Positions 31,016 to 47,031 of a stretch of 64,000 nucleotides of DNA are shown in pieces. The position numbers and the translations under genes are program-made. Under the pieces are notes generated by a model. The model saw only the letters and a program-made list of their open reading frames with translations, did no database searches and was not told the origin of the DNA. Source of the stretch: the human T2T-CHM13v2.0 reference genome, Homo sapiens. The stretch lies in the NCBI RefSeq assembly GCF_009914755.1, contig NC_060935.1; one strand, 5' to 3'. The first letter of the stretch is position 1; each line of letters begins with the position of its first letter.

Positions 31016-33646
31016 CTACCAAGAATCAGTAAATCATCCCCCCTTTCAAACTATATGAATGTGTAATTTGCAACTCTTATTGCAGCATTTGAAAACATAG
31101 AATAACAAGAAAGTACAGTCCATAATTACCTTTGAACTTCAGTTCAATTTACGCCATATCCCCTTAACTAGTTTCTTACAATGCATTAGTTATTCTTAAC
31201 TGCCCAAGAGTTTGTGAACATTTCTTTTCTTTACAAATTACTCCAAAGCTCTGGTCCATTGGCTTGTGGCAGTACAAAATTACCTTCTATAAATAGCATT
31301 TTTAATTGAAACATATGAATCCCAGACAGTGGCATCACACTTAGTTTCTGCTGTGCTCTTGTGGAAGATAAGCCTTTCATGCAGAGCCTAGTAGCTCAGC
31401 ATGAATTTCATGACCTGCATTTCTTAGTAGCTACTTTGCCTTTAGCATCTTTTCTGCTTGATCAGTTGATAAAAGCTTGTCCTAGTTTCTTGAACCTGTT
31501 TTATAGCAATAATTCAGCCTGCATTTATTCTTTCCTTATTGCTTCCTTGAAGTTTAAAACTGTTTAGTGTATTCACCGTTTGCTTTTCTATAGTCTTCAA
31601 TTATAGGGAGGATTTTCTTCCCTATCAATCTCTTAATAGGTCTTCTGCAGAGCCAGAGATGTCTATTAATTTTCTCATTATAAAATCAGAAATTATAATC
31701 TGATAAATTGATGTCTCAGCTGGGTGCAGTGGCTCATGCACTTTGGGAGACTGAGGCAGGAGGATTGCTTGAGCTCAGGAATTCGAAACCAGCCTGGGCT
31801 ACCTAGCAAGACCTTGTCTCTACAAAATTAAAAATATTATCTGGATGTGGTGGCATGCACCAGTGATCCCAGCTACTCAGGAGGCTGAGGTGGGAGGATT
31901 ACTTGAGCCCAAGAATTCCAGGCTACAGTGAGTTGTGATTGTGCCATTGCACTCCAGCCTGGGTGACAAAGGGAGACCTTATATATACTAAAAAACAAAA
32001 CAAACAAACAAACAAAAAACAAAAGGTGCAGTGGCTCACACCTGTAATCCCAGCACTTTGGGAGACTGAGGCGGGTGGATCACTTGAAGTCAGGGGTTCG
32101 AGACCAGCCTGGTCAACATGGCGAAACCCTGTCTCTACTGAAAATACAAAAATTAGCCGGGTGTGGTGGCACACACCTGTAGTCCCAACTACTCGGGAGG
32201 CTGAGGCAGGAGAATGGCTTGAACCTGGGACACAGAGGTTGCAGTAAGCAGAGATTGCACCATTCCACTCCTTTCTGGATGATGGAGTGAGCCTCTGTCT
32301 CAAAAAACAAACAAACAAAAACAAAAACCATCTCAATATATTCTCTCTCTTGTTTTTTTCTTATTGTTCTGAATTTGATGTTTACAGTCGTCATGCTGTA
32401 GTACTGCCTTTAACATCCGATGCTCTATTTATCATCAATATCTTATCACTTGCCTCTTTTCAGGATTATGGAGTTGTCTTCTGACTTACCGATTTACCTC
32501 GGTGATTTTTTTTTTTGGTAAATTTTTAAGAAATATATTATGATAAGTTAAGAACCTGAAAAGTCAATTTAAATCAAAGGCTGACATTTTTTTTCTTTCT
32601 TTCACATTCAAGTCACAAAAAATACACTTAATTTTAACAACTCTTATATATTTCTACTCTTCTTAAGACTGATGTAGTGTATGTTTCATTGAAAAATTTC
32701 ACCAATAACCAATGTGTTTCAAAAATCTATTATCATGTAATCTGTGACAGAAGAGAAATCTAGCAGTGGCTTCTTTTTGGGAAAAACAAACACTGTCTGG
32801 AAGGTCATCACATCTGCTTAAAAAATTTTAAAGATTTTCAGGCCACTCATTTATTATTTGTTTTCAGGTTATAATACATGCCTATTATAGAAAGTTTAAG
32901 ACTATAGAAAAATATAAAGAAGAAAAATGTAAACAGTCAGTAATTCCACTACCAGTAAGGCCACCTGTTATTTCGGTGAAACTTCAAATTTTTGTGAAGC
33001 CTTACTCTAGCAACCTCCTACTTTTCTAAGTCCTCCTCCTCAATAGACTGTTCAGGACATTCAGAGTGGAAGACTGACTTTGAATACAGGGGTCCTTCGG
33101 ATTTTTATGGAAGGGATGGAACTGTAGGAAAAACCTACAAATTGCTCCAGAGATGACATCTTGTTCTTATTTAGCCTTCTTTGAGTCATTAACAGTCGGG
33201 CGCCACTGGTGCTGAAACTTATCATTATTATAACCACAAATGGGTTAATGCCCAAACAAAGCTATATTCTTGGGGCTGGTTCCCAGCTCCACCACACAGA
33301 CCCCAGCAGCCAGCACCCGCCAAGTCCCAGGATAATGCTCCACAAATAAGACGATGTCAAATGTTCAGCCTGGACTCAACATTATCTTCTTCTATCTGGG
33401 AGCTTCCAGTTGCTAGCAGGGCAGAGCAAAAGGAAAAATAAATAAATAAAAGCCAGGTCAACAAACCCTAAAAAAAGAGACTGTGTGGTTTAGTGGTCAG
33501 ACCACTGGCCTGGATGTTGGGATAGCTGAGATCCAGTTGTAGCTCTACCACTATGTGGCTGCATGATGCTAGACAAGTCACTAGACAAGTCACTGTTGTG
33601 ACTTGTGCCTCAGTTTCCCTAGTTAGAAAATGGAAAAGTGCCTTAG

Positions 33647-33680
<34 letters not shown>

Positions 33681-33682
33681 GA

Positions 33683-33790
<108 letters not shown>

Positions 33791-34886
33791 TAGCTGGGAT
33801 TACAGGCGTGCGCCACCACGCCTGGCTAATTTTTGTATTTTTAGTAGAGATGGGGTTTCTCCATATTGGCCAGGCTGGTCTCGAACTCCTGAACTCGTGA
33901 TCCGCCCACCTCAGCAGAAAGTTTTTATGAGGACAAATAAGATTATTTGCAAATAGCTACAAGTTGCTTGGGAATAAAGTAAAATTATCACTTAATAATT
34001 ACTATGGTATTACCTTATTAATAAAATAATAAAAAGCCACAGTTATGGAACATATGAACCTCCCATAACCTCAAGCTAGATGGGGGAAGCAGATAAGAAG
34101 GCAATTAAAAAAAAATCAGATTTGCTGGACTTCACACCAAATACCAAATTAGTAAATTTGCCTCAAGACACTAAGCCCTGCTCCTACTTTGGCTCTGTCC
34201 TTTTAACCTCACCACATCCAAACTTAGAGTGACTCACAGGAGCCTAGAATTGAGACACATATACAATTTTAAGGGAAAGCAAGAATTAGGAGGTTTGAGG
34301 CTCCTTACTGGAGGAGGCTAAGAATAGGCCACTCGGAACACAAAGAGAAGAACCTCCTCTTTCCTTTTCCTCCCAGTGTAGGTGGTCTACTGGTTTCCCA
34401 GTCATTCCTTTGATAGCTTGATTTTGTTTTCTTTGTCTCTTTTTCACAAACCTCACCTTGTTGGAGGGGGAGGGCACTAAAAAAGTGAGGACAGAGTGGC
34501 TTTTTCTGCTATGTCTGAACTGTGTCTAGTGCTACAGATCTCTGACCTGTTGTCAGGAGTGGAGAGGGGCGAAAAGAAATATTTAGGAACTTGAAAACCA
34601 GTGAATATTCTCTTAAAGAAGAAGTGAGCAATTGGGCATATAGGGAAAAAAATCTAACTGGTGTCCTCGTTTCTGCAGCCCCTCTCCCTCAAGAAGAGCA
34701 ATGTCTTGGTAGGAAAAAGGAAAGACACCTGGGAAAGGTACCAAATAGTAAGGGCTAGGAATAGAAAGAAGAACCAAAGATAAAAAGGAATTGAGCCTGG
34801 GCGCGGTGGCTCACGCCTGTAATCCCAGCACTTTGGGAGGCCTGAGGCAGGCGGATCACCTGAGGTCGGCGGATCACCTGAGGTCA

Positions 34887-35111
<225 letters not shown>

Positions 35112-35592
35112 TCAGAGGACTTAATGAGTACCTTTTGTGTGTCCAGCCGTCATAGGCAGAAAAGACACATCTCTGACCTCTAGAAGCATCCAGGGTATAT
35201 GCATACGTAAGCACTTTGTAGCAATTTAAGATAGTAAATACCAAAGAGATAAAAATAGCTAATGGGATACTAAGTGTTTATGGGGGCCAAAGGGCGGGGG
35301 CTATTACTGAGTTAGGATAAACAGTGTATAAAAGCAGGGATAGTTATGAAATTCAGAAACTGCGTATATGGGCGGCTGACAGTAATTCTTCGACACTGGG
35401 AAACATAACGGATTCAAAAGAATTCTTCATCTCAGATTCCTCTAAAACCAAGTCTTCAAGAATGGGAGTCCAAAGAAACCTGGACCATCGTGAAGCGACT
35501 GCCCCCGGAACTTGAGTGGCCAGCTCCACTTTGCGACACGGAGACTGTTTGTGTGACACCTCCTCCAGCTCCCGTCCCCCTTCCGCCGCGTG

Positions 35593-35606
35593 GGTGCCAT
35601 GGCAAC
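35593..35606. promoter_or_regulatory. RFX X-box
   Basis: GGTGCCATGGCAAC matches the palindromic X-box GTTGCCATGGCAAC at 13/14; an extra half-site GGCAAC lies at 35617-35622. Confidence 0.75.
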
Positions 35607-35674
35607 GGAGAGAGACGGCAACCTGGGTTCCGGAAGCCGGAGAGCTGGAGCTTTGAAGCCACCCCGGTCAAAGG

Positions 35675-35720
35675 ATGCTGAGTCCGGAGCGCCTAGCCCT
35701 ACCGGACTACGAGTATCTGG
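35675..35720 (+). CDS. CSTPP1: CSTPP1 (C11orf49) exon 1 coding part; centriolar satellite-associated tubulin polyglutamylase complex regulator
   Basis: ATG at 35675 reads MLSPERLALPDYEYL+G, the N-terminus I recall for C11orf49, then donor G|GTAGGA at 35721. It sits in a CpG-rich island at the expected position divergent from LRP4. I found no exon 2 in the window. Confidence 0.88.
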
Positions 35721-36877
35721 GTAGGAACCCCCTTTAACTTTGGGGAGGGAAAGACGTGCAGACGAATTAGGCCAGGGTCTGGGAGGAGGCGGGGGCGGGG
35801 TCTGAGTGGGATCGGGTCCGGGTGGTATGGGGAGGGGCGGAGAGGCGGGGGTTCCAGGGCCTGAGCCTGTAAGGCCGAGCAGGAAGGAAAAAAGCACCTG
35901 GGAAGTAAAGAATGTTTGAAGTGTAGGGGCTGGAACTCAGGCAATGTGGATTGTGTTCAAATGGGTCAGGTTGGCGTTGAGGATTTGGGGCCCTGTTGGG
36001 GTATTATTGATATGCCGGTAGTGGAGTAAGAATAACCTTGGAACCTCAAGTGCCAAATCAGTCAGCGAACATTTCGAGCTTTTCTTTTTCATTAGGCACT
36101 GTGCTAAGCATTTTTCATGCATCATTCTTCATTTGAATTTCTCAACAGCCCTAGGAGGAATTACCGTGTTTTCTTCCAGTTTTGCAGGTGGAGAAACTGG
36201 GGCTGAAGAGGTAACTTGCGTAAGTTAGGCCACACAGCTAGAAAATGGTAGCGCTAGGATCAGAACCGGATTTGCCCACTCCAACAGAACTTGAGATATT
36301 GACTTGGCTCTTGAGCTAAGACTGTATATGTAGTACTTTGTTGAGCATCTTTAGTGTATAAGGCATTTAATGAATGAAAAAAGGCACACACACGCATAGA
36401 TATGTACACACACACACATATGCACACAATACACATTTTATTTTATTTTATTTTTGAGACGGAGTCTAGCTCTGTCGCCCGGGCTGGAGTGCAGTGGCGC
36501 GATCTTGGCTCACTGCAAGCTCCGCCTCCCGGGTAGCTGGGACTACAGGCGCCCGCCACCTCGCCCGGCTACTTTTTTGTATACTTAATAGAGACGGGGT
36601 TTCACCGTGTTAACCAGGATGGTCTCGATCTCCTGACCTCGTGATCTGCCCGCCTCAGCCTCCAAAAGTGCTTGGATTACAGGCGTGAGCCACCGCGCCC
36701 GGCCACAATACACATTTTAAATAATTCATAGACTTTTATTTTTTTAAAGACGTTTTGTTTTGTTTTGTTTTGTTTTTTGAGACAGAGTTTCTCTCCTGTT
36801 GCCCAGGCTGGAGTACACTGCAACCTCTGCCTCCCGGATTCAAGCGATTCTCCTGCCTCAGCCTCCCGAGTAGTTGA

Positions 36878-37625
<748 letters not shown>

Positions 37626-37976
37626 ATCTTTTTTTTTTTTCTTCTTCTTTTTTTTTTTTTTTGAGACAATGTCTGGCACTGTCACTCAGGCTGGAGTGCA
37701 GTGGCACTATCACGGCTCACTGCAGCCTCAACCTCCGGGCTCAAGTGATCCTGCTACCTCAGCCTTCCAAGTAGCTGGGACTACAGGCACATGCCACCAT
37801 CCCTGGTTAATTTTTTAATTTTTTGTAGAGAAAGAGTCTCACTATGTTGTCCAGGTTGGTCTTGAACTCCAGGGCTCAAGCAAGCCTCTTACTGTGGCCT
37901 TCCAAAGTACTGAGATTACAGGTGTGAGTCACTGCACCTGGCTTACATCTTTTTTTTTTTTTTTTTTTTTTTTTGA

Positions 37977-38135
<159 letters not shown>

Positions 38136-38310
38136 TAGTAGAGATGGGTTTCTCCATGTTGGTCAGGCTGGTCTCAAACTCCTGACCTCAGGTGATCCAC
38201 CCACCTCGGCCTCCCAAACTGCTTGGATTACAGGCGTGAGCCACCGCGCCCAGCCAACATCTTTTTAAATGAAAAACAATTCTGGTTTACATTTTGTTTA
38301 ACTTATTTTA

Positions 38311-38957
<647 letters not shown>

Positions 38958-40189
38958 TGAACTTCCTGAGCTCAAGCGATCTGCCCACCTTGGCTTCCCA
39001 AAGTCCTGGGATTATAGGCGTGAGCCACTGCGCCTGGCCTCGAAGTAATTTCTCAGTCAGTAGGGAGCTTCTTCGTTCTTCATGAAATTCATTTTTAGCT
39101 ATATAGTATTTAAATAATTTATTTAACCAGTCCCGCACTGGTAAACAAGTTGTTTTTAGCCTTTTGCTGTTACTAAGAATGCTGCAATGAATAACCTGCA
39201 GTTTTGTTCCTTTGCAAGTGTATCTGCAAGAATAAGTTCCACAAAGTGGAATTGGTGGATTAAGGGCATATGCATTGAAGTACTTATAGATATTGTCAGA
39301 TTGCCCTTAATAGGTGTTGTACCATTTTGCCACCAGCAATGAAAGAGAATGCCTGTTTCCCCATTGTGCTGACAACAAAATACATCAAACTTGGATTTTT
39401 TTCAATCTAAGTGACAGATAGTCTGAGTAGATTTAATATGCATTTTTAAATGAAGTTGAGTGCCTTTTTACCAAGTTTAAGGGCTGATTGGTCTTTGAAA
39501 GCTATATATATACACATATATACATGAACATATATATAGACATATATATAGAGAGAGAGCTTAAGACAGTGACCACATCCATTAATCAGCTAAAAGGGGA
39601 TATCACAGACAATTTTGTATCTAATGAATAACAGTATCAATGTCAAGCAATGCCTAGACTTTTTTCCAAAGATTTTATGTATTTTATTACCCAGTACTCA
39701 ATGAATATATGAAATATTTGAAAAGGCTAGTTCATTGTTCAGTTCCTTGGGTGTTTGCTGTTTGAACTTTATGTCTCAAAGGCTTGGCAGATTTGGTGTA
39801 TTGGTGCCTTGGTGAATAGAAGTTGGTGGTCTCTTCATAAATGGCGTTTTCAGGAAGGCCAATTCAGTGGCAGTGTTGAGAATGAATCTACAAACAGAAT
39901 CAGAGTCTCAGGTTGGTTGAAAAAGCTTCAATGTTTGTGAAGCCCAACCAATCACCTAATAATTGAATCCTATACAAATGCTTCTTCATGCTTTGTTGCA
40001 TATTTAAGTGTCTTAATTCCTTGTCCTAACCACTAACTAGACATTCATACTGCCCTCAGCATGGTCACACCCCTCACTGCCTTCTCCTGGTTCATCAAAC
40101 CGTATCACTCTGCTGAAATGCGTTTGTCTTTAGTTGAGAACTATCCCTGCCTTTTACAATTTGTCTCTCTTAGAGGCATGCTGCTTTGA

Positions 40190-40525
<336 letters not shown>

Positions 40526-41913
40526 TAATGACCGTTTAAAACCACTCCCTACAGAATAGATTAATAAAATATTTCCTGATTTAAATTTTTAAATACCTGT
40601 GATTTTTCCATTTGTTTTTATTTTTATACATTATAAAGTTACTTGTATGTGTAAGCCTAAAGAAGACTATACTTATAGAGAAAACAAAACTGCAGACTGG
40701 AAAGCCCTAGGCATTCAGTGAAACCCAAAAGCTAAAGTTGAGTTCCCCTTGGTTAGTGTATCTGGAGACCTCTCTTTAGGATTATGGTGTAAATTACAGG
40801 GATACCTATCCAAAGAATATCTAGAGATATCCCTTTCTCCCTGCTAGCTAGGGATTGTATTTACCTTTCTGACTATTAGTGAAGAAATCAATCTTTTATC
40901 ATGTTGGGTAAACTGATCCTTTCCCCACTGACTTTGTAGATTAGGAACCTGTAATCATGGCCTTGCATGGCTTAAGATCTTAAGATCATCACTAAAGAAT
41001 AGCTTAGTGATGTTCATGTCTGCAGTCATCAGAATGTAGTGATAAAAATTGTGTTAATGCCTAGGCCTGAAGAGAGAAAGGAGAGTCTGGTAAGGAGATG
41101 AAATAAGTATAGACCCTCTCTGTAGGACCCGCAAAAGGTTTCCAGCCTTATGAAACCTACTTAGTGGAAGCTTCTGCCAGAGGCTGAAGGTGTGTCTGTG
41201 TATCTGGTTGGGTGTGGCGAGCTCTCTAGAGCCAAAGGGCAGCCTGTTCTGGTCCCAGGTTTGCCAAACATACCACCTACGTGCTGACCTGAGTATAAGC
41301 ATGAGGGCGTGAGGTTTATTTTTTACTCCACCTAATTTGGTGAGGTGCATGCTTTCACTCACGCTCCAAGTTGCCTCTTCTTTTCCATGGAACCTGCTTA
41401 TTCTCACTACGGTTGATAGTGGGTTAGTATAATAGATAACTCTAGAAATCAAAGATGGCCTTTCTCCTTTGGGGACTAGACATTTAGAAGAATCACAATA
41501 AATTGGGTAGTTTTTTTTTTAAGCTATAGTTTTTGAACTCTTCCTATATGCCTGGCACTGTGGTTTATCTCATTTAATTTTCACAACTACCATATGAAGT
41601 GGGTACTCTTACTGGTCCCAATTAGTAGTTATTAATATCATCTTCTCATTTTATAAATAAGGAAGCTGAGGCTTAGAAAGGCTAATTGATTTGCACAAGG
41701 TCACACAGGCAATGATGCATAGTAAACAGGGGTTCATACCCAGGTTTGTCATATTCCACAGCTTGTGTTTTTTCCTCTTCACTAAAAAGATAAAAACAAA
41801 CCAAAAAACCCCTATTGGTTCAAAGGGCAGTAATTCTTGCTTCCTTATTAAGGATGAGGCTCTTGCAAATAAATTTCTTGGGAACAAGAATTGTGTTTTA
41901 CTCATCATTGTCA

Positions 41914-41964
41914 ACCTTCTATCATTGTCTACCTTCTATCACTGTATACCTTCTATCATTGTAT
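41914..41964. repeat. 17-bp minisatellite x3 (ACCTTCTATCAYTGTMT)
   Basis: Units at 41914, 41931 and 41948. Confidence 0.85.
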
Positions 41965-42965
41965 ACTCTCCTACACTTAATTCATACGTATATGTGAAAT
42001 GGAATATGAATAATCTGACCTTAGGGTACCCTAAACATGAGTAGCTAACAAAAGCAACCGAGACTTATTAAGAACTTACTCTGTACCAGGTACCATTTTA
42101 AATGCTTTACATATATTGATGTATATGAAGATAGTTTCAGTTGTTATCTCCATTCGGCAGATGAGGAAACTACACACAAAGATACCAAATAACAAGTTGT
42201 AAGTGGTGGATCCAGAATTCTAACCCAGCAGTCTAATTGAAGTCCACATGGTTAAACTCTATGCTATAAATACTTTGAGCAACTCCCAAAGTGGGGCTCC
42301 AACTATTGTGTAGACCTATACGTGGATCCTGGAGTAAGGTCAAGTGATTCCAGTGTCTTCATTTAACATTTCTGCCATGAGGAGGCATCCGAGGAATGAG
42401 GATGGATCAGGGAATGGTAAAATTTCCAATTTCTTCTTGCCACTGGACTCATCTCTCAGAGGCAGGCAGTGAGGAAGATAACTTCTACCATTTGGGAGAA
42501 TTTTATTGACAATCATCTTTGTACTTTGGGTAGCTGTATGACCTAGAAGAAATCACTTAACCTCTCTGTGCCTTAGTTTCCACATCTCCAAAATGTGGGT
42601 GGTAATAGTACAGTCATGGTGGCTTACGCCTATATTCCCAGCACTGTGGGAGGCCAAGGAGGGAGGATTGCTTGAGCCCAGGAGTTTGAGACCAATGGGA
42701 CATAGTGAGACTTCGTCTCTACTAAAAATAAAAAAAAAATAGCTGGGTGCAACAGCATGCATCTGTAGTCCCAGTTACTCAGGAGGCGGAGGTGGGAGGA
42801 TGGCTTGAGCCCAGGAGGTCAAGGCTGCAGTGAGCTGTTTTCACACCACTGCACTCCAGCCTGGGTGACAAAGTGAGACCCTTTCTCAAAAAATTTAAAA
42901 AAGGCCAGGCATGGTGGCTCATGCCTATAATCCCAGCATTTTGGGAGGCCGAGGCGGGTGGATCA

Positions 42966-43139
<174 letters not shown>

Positions 43140-44183
43140 TCACCACTGCACTCCAGCCTGGGTGACAGAGTGAGACTGCTTCTCAAAAAAAAAAAAAAAA
43201 AAATTGTGCTTGCCTCATACATGTAAGCATTTATCCTGTTAGAGCACCTGTGTAGGTGCTCAATAAATATTAGCTGCTAGTGTTATTACCATATTTTTGT
43301 GCAAATACGTAAACATCTGGTGGCAACCAGGAATGTGTGCCTCTCAGATCTCCTACACTGGGGAGGGGAGGGTAATTGACTCCTGACCCCAGCTCTGAAT
43401 CTAACACCTTGTTCACACTGAGGTCACACTTTCCACAGACTGCTCCTAGTCAATGACTGGGCAGGACAGACCCACTTCCATGAGATGTTTTACTCCTCTA
43501 GTGGGTGACTTTGGCTTAAAGACTCTCACTGCACACTGCTAAGTCCCTCATTCTCCCTTCTCCCTCCTAAAGGAGGGATAATAATTAGGGTCCCTCCTAA
43601 AGGAGGGATAATAAATTAGGGTCACACCTGCATTTGATCTCTTAGCTCTCCCAGACTCCTCCGGCTTCCTTCCCATTTTCTATCATGGGCGTTTCCCCCA
43701 GTACATCTCTCGCATGTCTGATCCTGTTTTGGTGTCTGTTTCTCACAGTATCTGAGCTAAGACAACATCTAACAGTTACTGATATAGTCTCTTCCAGCCA
43801 TGAGGTTAATACAACTTCTTTAGGACTTGGCAAAGGTTCTGACATAGGACCCCTTCTATGTGGAAGATAAGTGTTACTAATCTTAATTTTTTTTGTATTT
43901 GCTGATACCACAGCATATGATAGTTACTTGTCTGACTTCCAGACACATTCTATTTTTTGATTTTGAATGAATCCTGATAAACTTATTTTTATTTGAATAT
44001 AACTAGTGAGCCTTCCAAACCCAATTCTATTCTAGGAAATATTGCTGTTTACAGTAAGTTAGCAGAAATTCTCTTAGGGCCTTAAAGTGTTTGGTTGCTG
44101 CAGAAAGGAAATGAAATAAAATAGGTGTTAAACTGACTTCCTAAATCTTTGGAAACTAGGTTTATAATACATAAAACTGGTCA

Positions 44184-44598
<415 letters not shown>

Positions 44599-45196
44599 CT
44601 ATATAAAGCCAGGCATGAATATATGAATATAAAGCATCCCTCCCCACAGGAAACTTACACAGTAGATGGGAGATGGGACATATTCATAAATGACCATAAC
44701 ATAAAAAGACAGTATAATAAGTAAAGAGTAGGTGACCTATATGGTTCTAGAGCCAGCAGCTATCTTGGCCTTTTCTCAGTTTGGTCAGCAGCTTCTCAGT
44801 CATGGAAGGGACAGCAGTTCCCTTGGTAGCCTAGTTCTGGAATGGGCCTTTTGGGAGTTGTTCCTGGAAGGTCGATCTAGATTTTTTTCCTTTTCCAAAG
44901 ATTCTGTAACCTATTTAATACATGTAATAAATAAATATCTTTTTGTTGGGGGGAAAAAAGAGCCAGTAAGTTCTAAGGCATGTTGTTCCCAACCCTTGCC
45001 TACCTCCATTTCTCCAAAGTAAATTGCAGAGTGATGTCAGTGTTATTCTGGGGTTTTAAGATAGCTTTAAAATTTTTGACTTTGTTTATCATTTATATAT
45101 TCAAGTAATGTTAAAATCTTTATTCCAAATGCTATTCAGAAGTTGGGGATCACTTTTATTTGCACAAATGCAATATGTGCTAAATGAATAATTCTA

Positions 45197-45334
<138 letters not shown>

Positions 45335-45337
45335 CTA

Positions 45338-45592
<255 letters not shown>

Positions 45593-46827
45593 TCATCATC
45601 CTATTTATGTCCTTCATAGCACTTATCAGAGTTATCTTGTGTACCTACTTGTATACTTGGTTATTGTCTGTTTCTTATTAGAATGTGAGCCATGAGGGCA
45701 GGCCTTTTCTCTCTAAAATCTAGCACAATGCTTGGCCCAAATGAAGTGCTCAGTTGTTGAATGAATGGTCTACTTTAAGTAACAGAATAAATTTTAAAAT
45801 AAATGGGAGAAAGGAATCCAGTTCAACAAATAGTTACTGAATTCCTAACATGTGAGAGAAACTATGTTTTTCCCCCCTTCCATGAATGAAAAAGGATGAT
45901 TAAATCTGCTCTGGATCTTTTCGGTTTTAACTCTGATTTATACCTAAAGTTAATTTCTTGGTTGATACCATAGTTTCTGTGTTTGGGTTACATAACACTA
46001 AAATTTAATCCATTTTGTAAAACCAATATTTTAAAAAGGAAGGAGATTTTCTACAATTTTGGAGCATCTCAATGAGATCCTGTCCTTTAGTTGGACAGAG
46101 TGATATGCTTTGATTAAGACTGGAATTACCCTTGTAAACTAATCTCTGGGTCCTCTTTCTGTGTTGGGATCACCCTTACACTACTTCCCTAGGGGCCTTA
46201 GGAAATAGCTCATTCTATGATTGGAATTTCAAGTCAAAACACATTTATCTGAGCAGAATTTTAATGATTTATCAAAGAGAGGAGGGATTTTCCCAAACAC
46301 AACTGAACTTACAAATTACTGATCCCACTAGCTATGTTTTTTCTTAAGCACCTTTCTTTAAACAAAGCAATTACTGCTGAAATCATCAAATGTATTTTTT
46401 TCATGGAAAGCTTTTGACTAAGTTTTGTTTGATTAGCAGGAACCTACTAAAAGTAAATATTGTTTGAGACAGCACTTTCAGAGCCTGTTCTTTTTCTTCA
46501 TTCAATTAGCTTTTAAAGCACTATTCTTTGGAGAAAGTAAGAGCCTTTTTTCCAGCTGTCCTATTGTGTAACTCAAGGTCTCGTTAATACTATTATGTAG
46601 CCCCGAGATTACAGGTAATTGTGATAAAACACAAGCTTCAGTTTCTGTAATCTCAGACAGAAATCTGCTTGTGCCCCAGGACTTCAGATCAGGTGTTTTT
46701 TAAATTCAGACTTCTCTCACCTGGGACAGTCCCATTGGCCCAAAGTAAACAGAGGCATCTGGCGGGGATAGAGCTGCATTAGGGCCCATTGCCACTTTTT
46801 TTTTTTCCCTTTAAATTAATGTGGCAG

Positions 46828-47031
46828 AACTCCTCCTGTGGCCAACTTACAAAGACCTGTTCTAAATGGGAAAATTCTGTATTTTAAAATAGGCATGCTT
46901 GAAACAATAACACTTTTGAATGTAAGATATACGAAAGGCCACACGTCTTCGGCTTTGCTTGTCAAATGGAGAGGCTGCCAGAACCGGTCGGCTCCATGGT
47001 TCTCATGCCCCAAAGTCCTGCAAATTGACAC
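46828..47031 (+). other. Candidate alternative (poison) exon in CSTPP1 intron 1
   Basis: Polypyrimidine tract plus GCAG acceptor (alternative TAG acceptor at 46892) and consensus donor AC|GTAAGT at 47032. Confidence 0.45.

Larger units (their letters stand above)
35480..35880 (+). promoter_or_regulatory. CSTPP1: CSTPP1 CpG-rich promoter
   Basis: CpG-rich island with ETS/GABP motif CCGGAAG (35630-35636), GC boxes and an X-box. Confidence 0.75.

Noticed and set aside
33182-33216. REST left half-site (TTCAGCACC, minus strand) and CTCF-like look next to an AP-1 site
   Set aside because: The right half of RE1 is missing and the CTCF alignment is poor.
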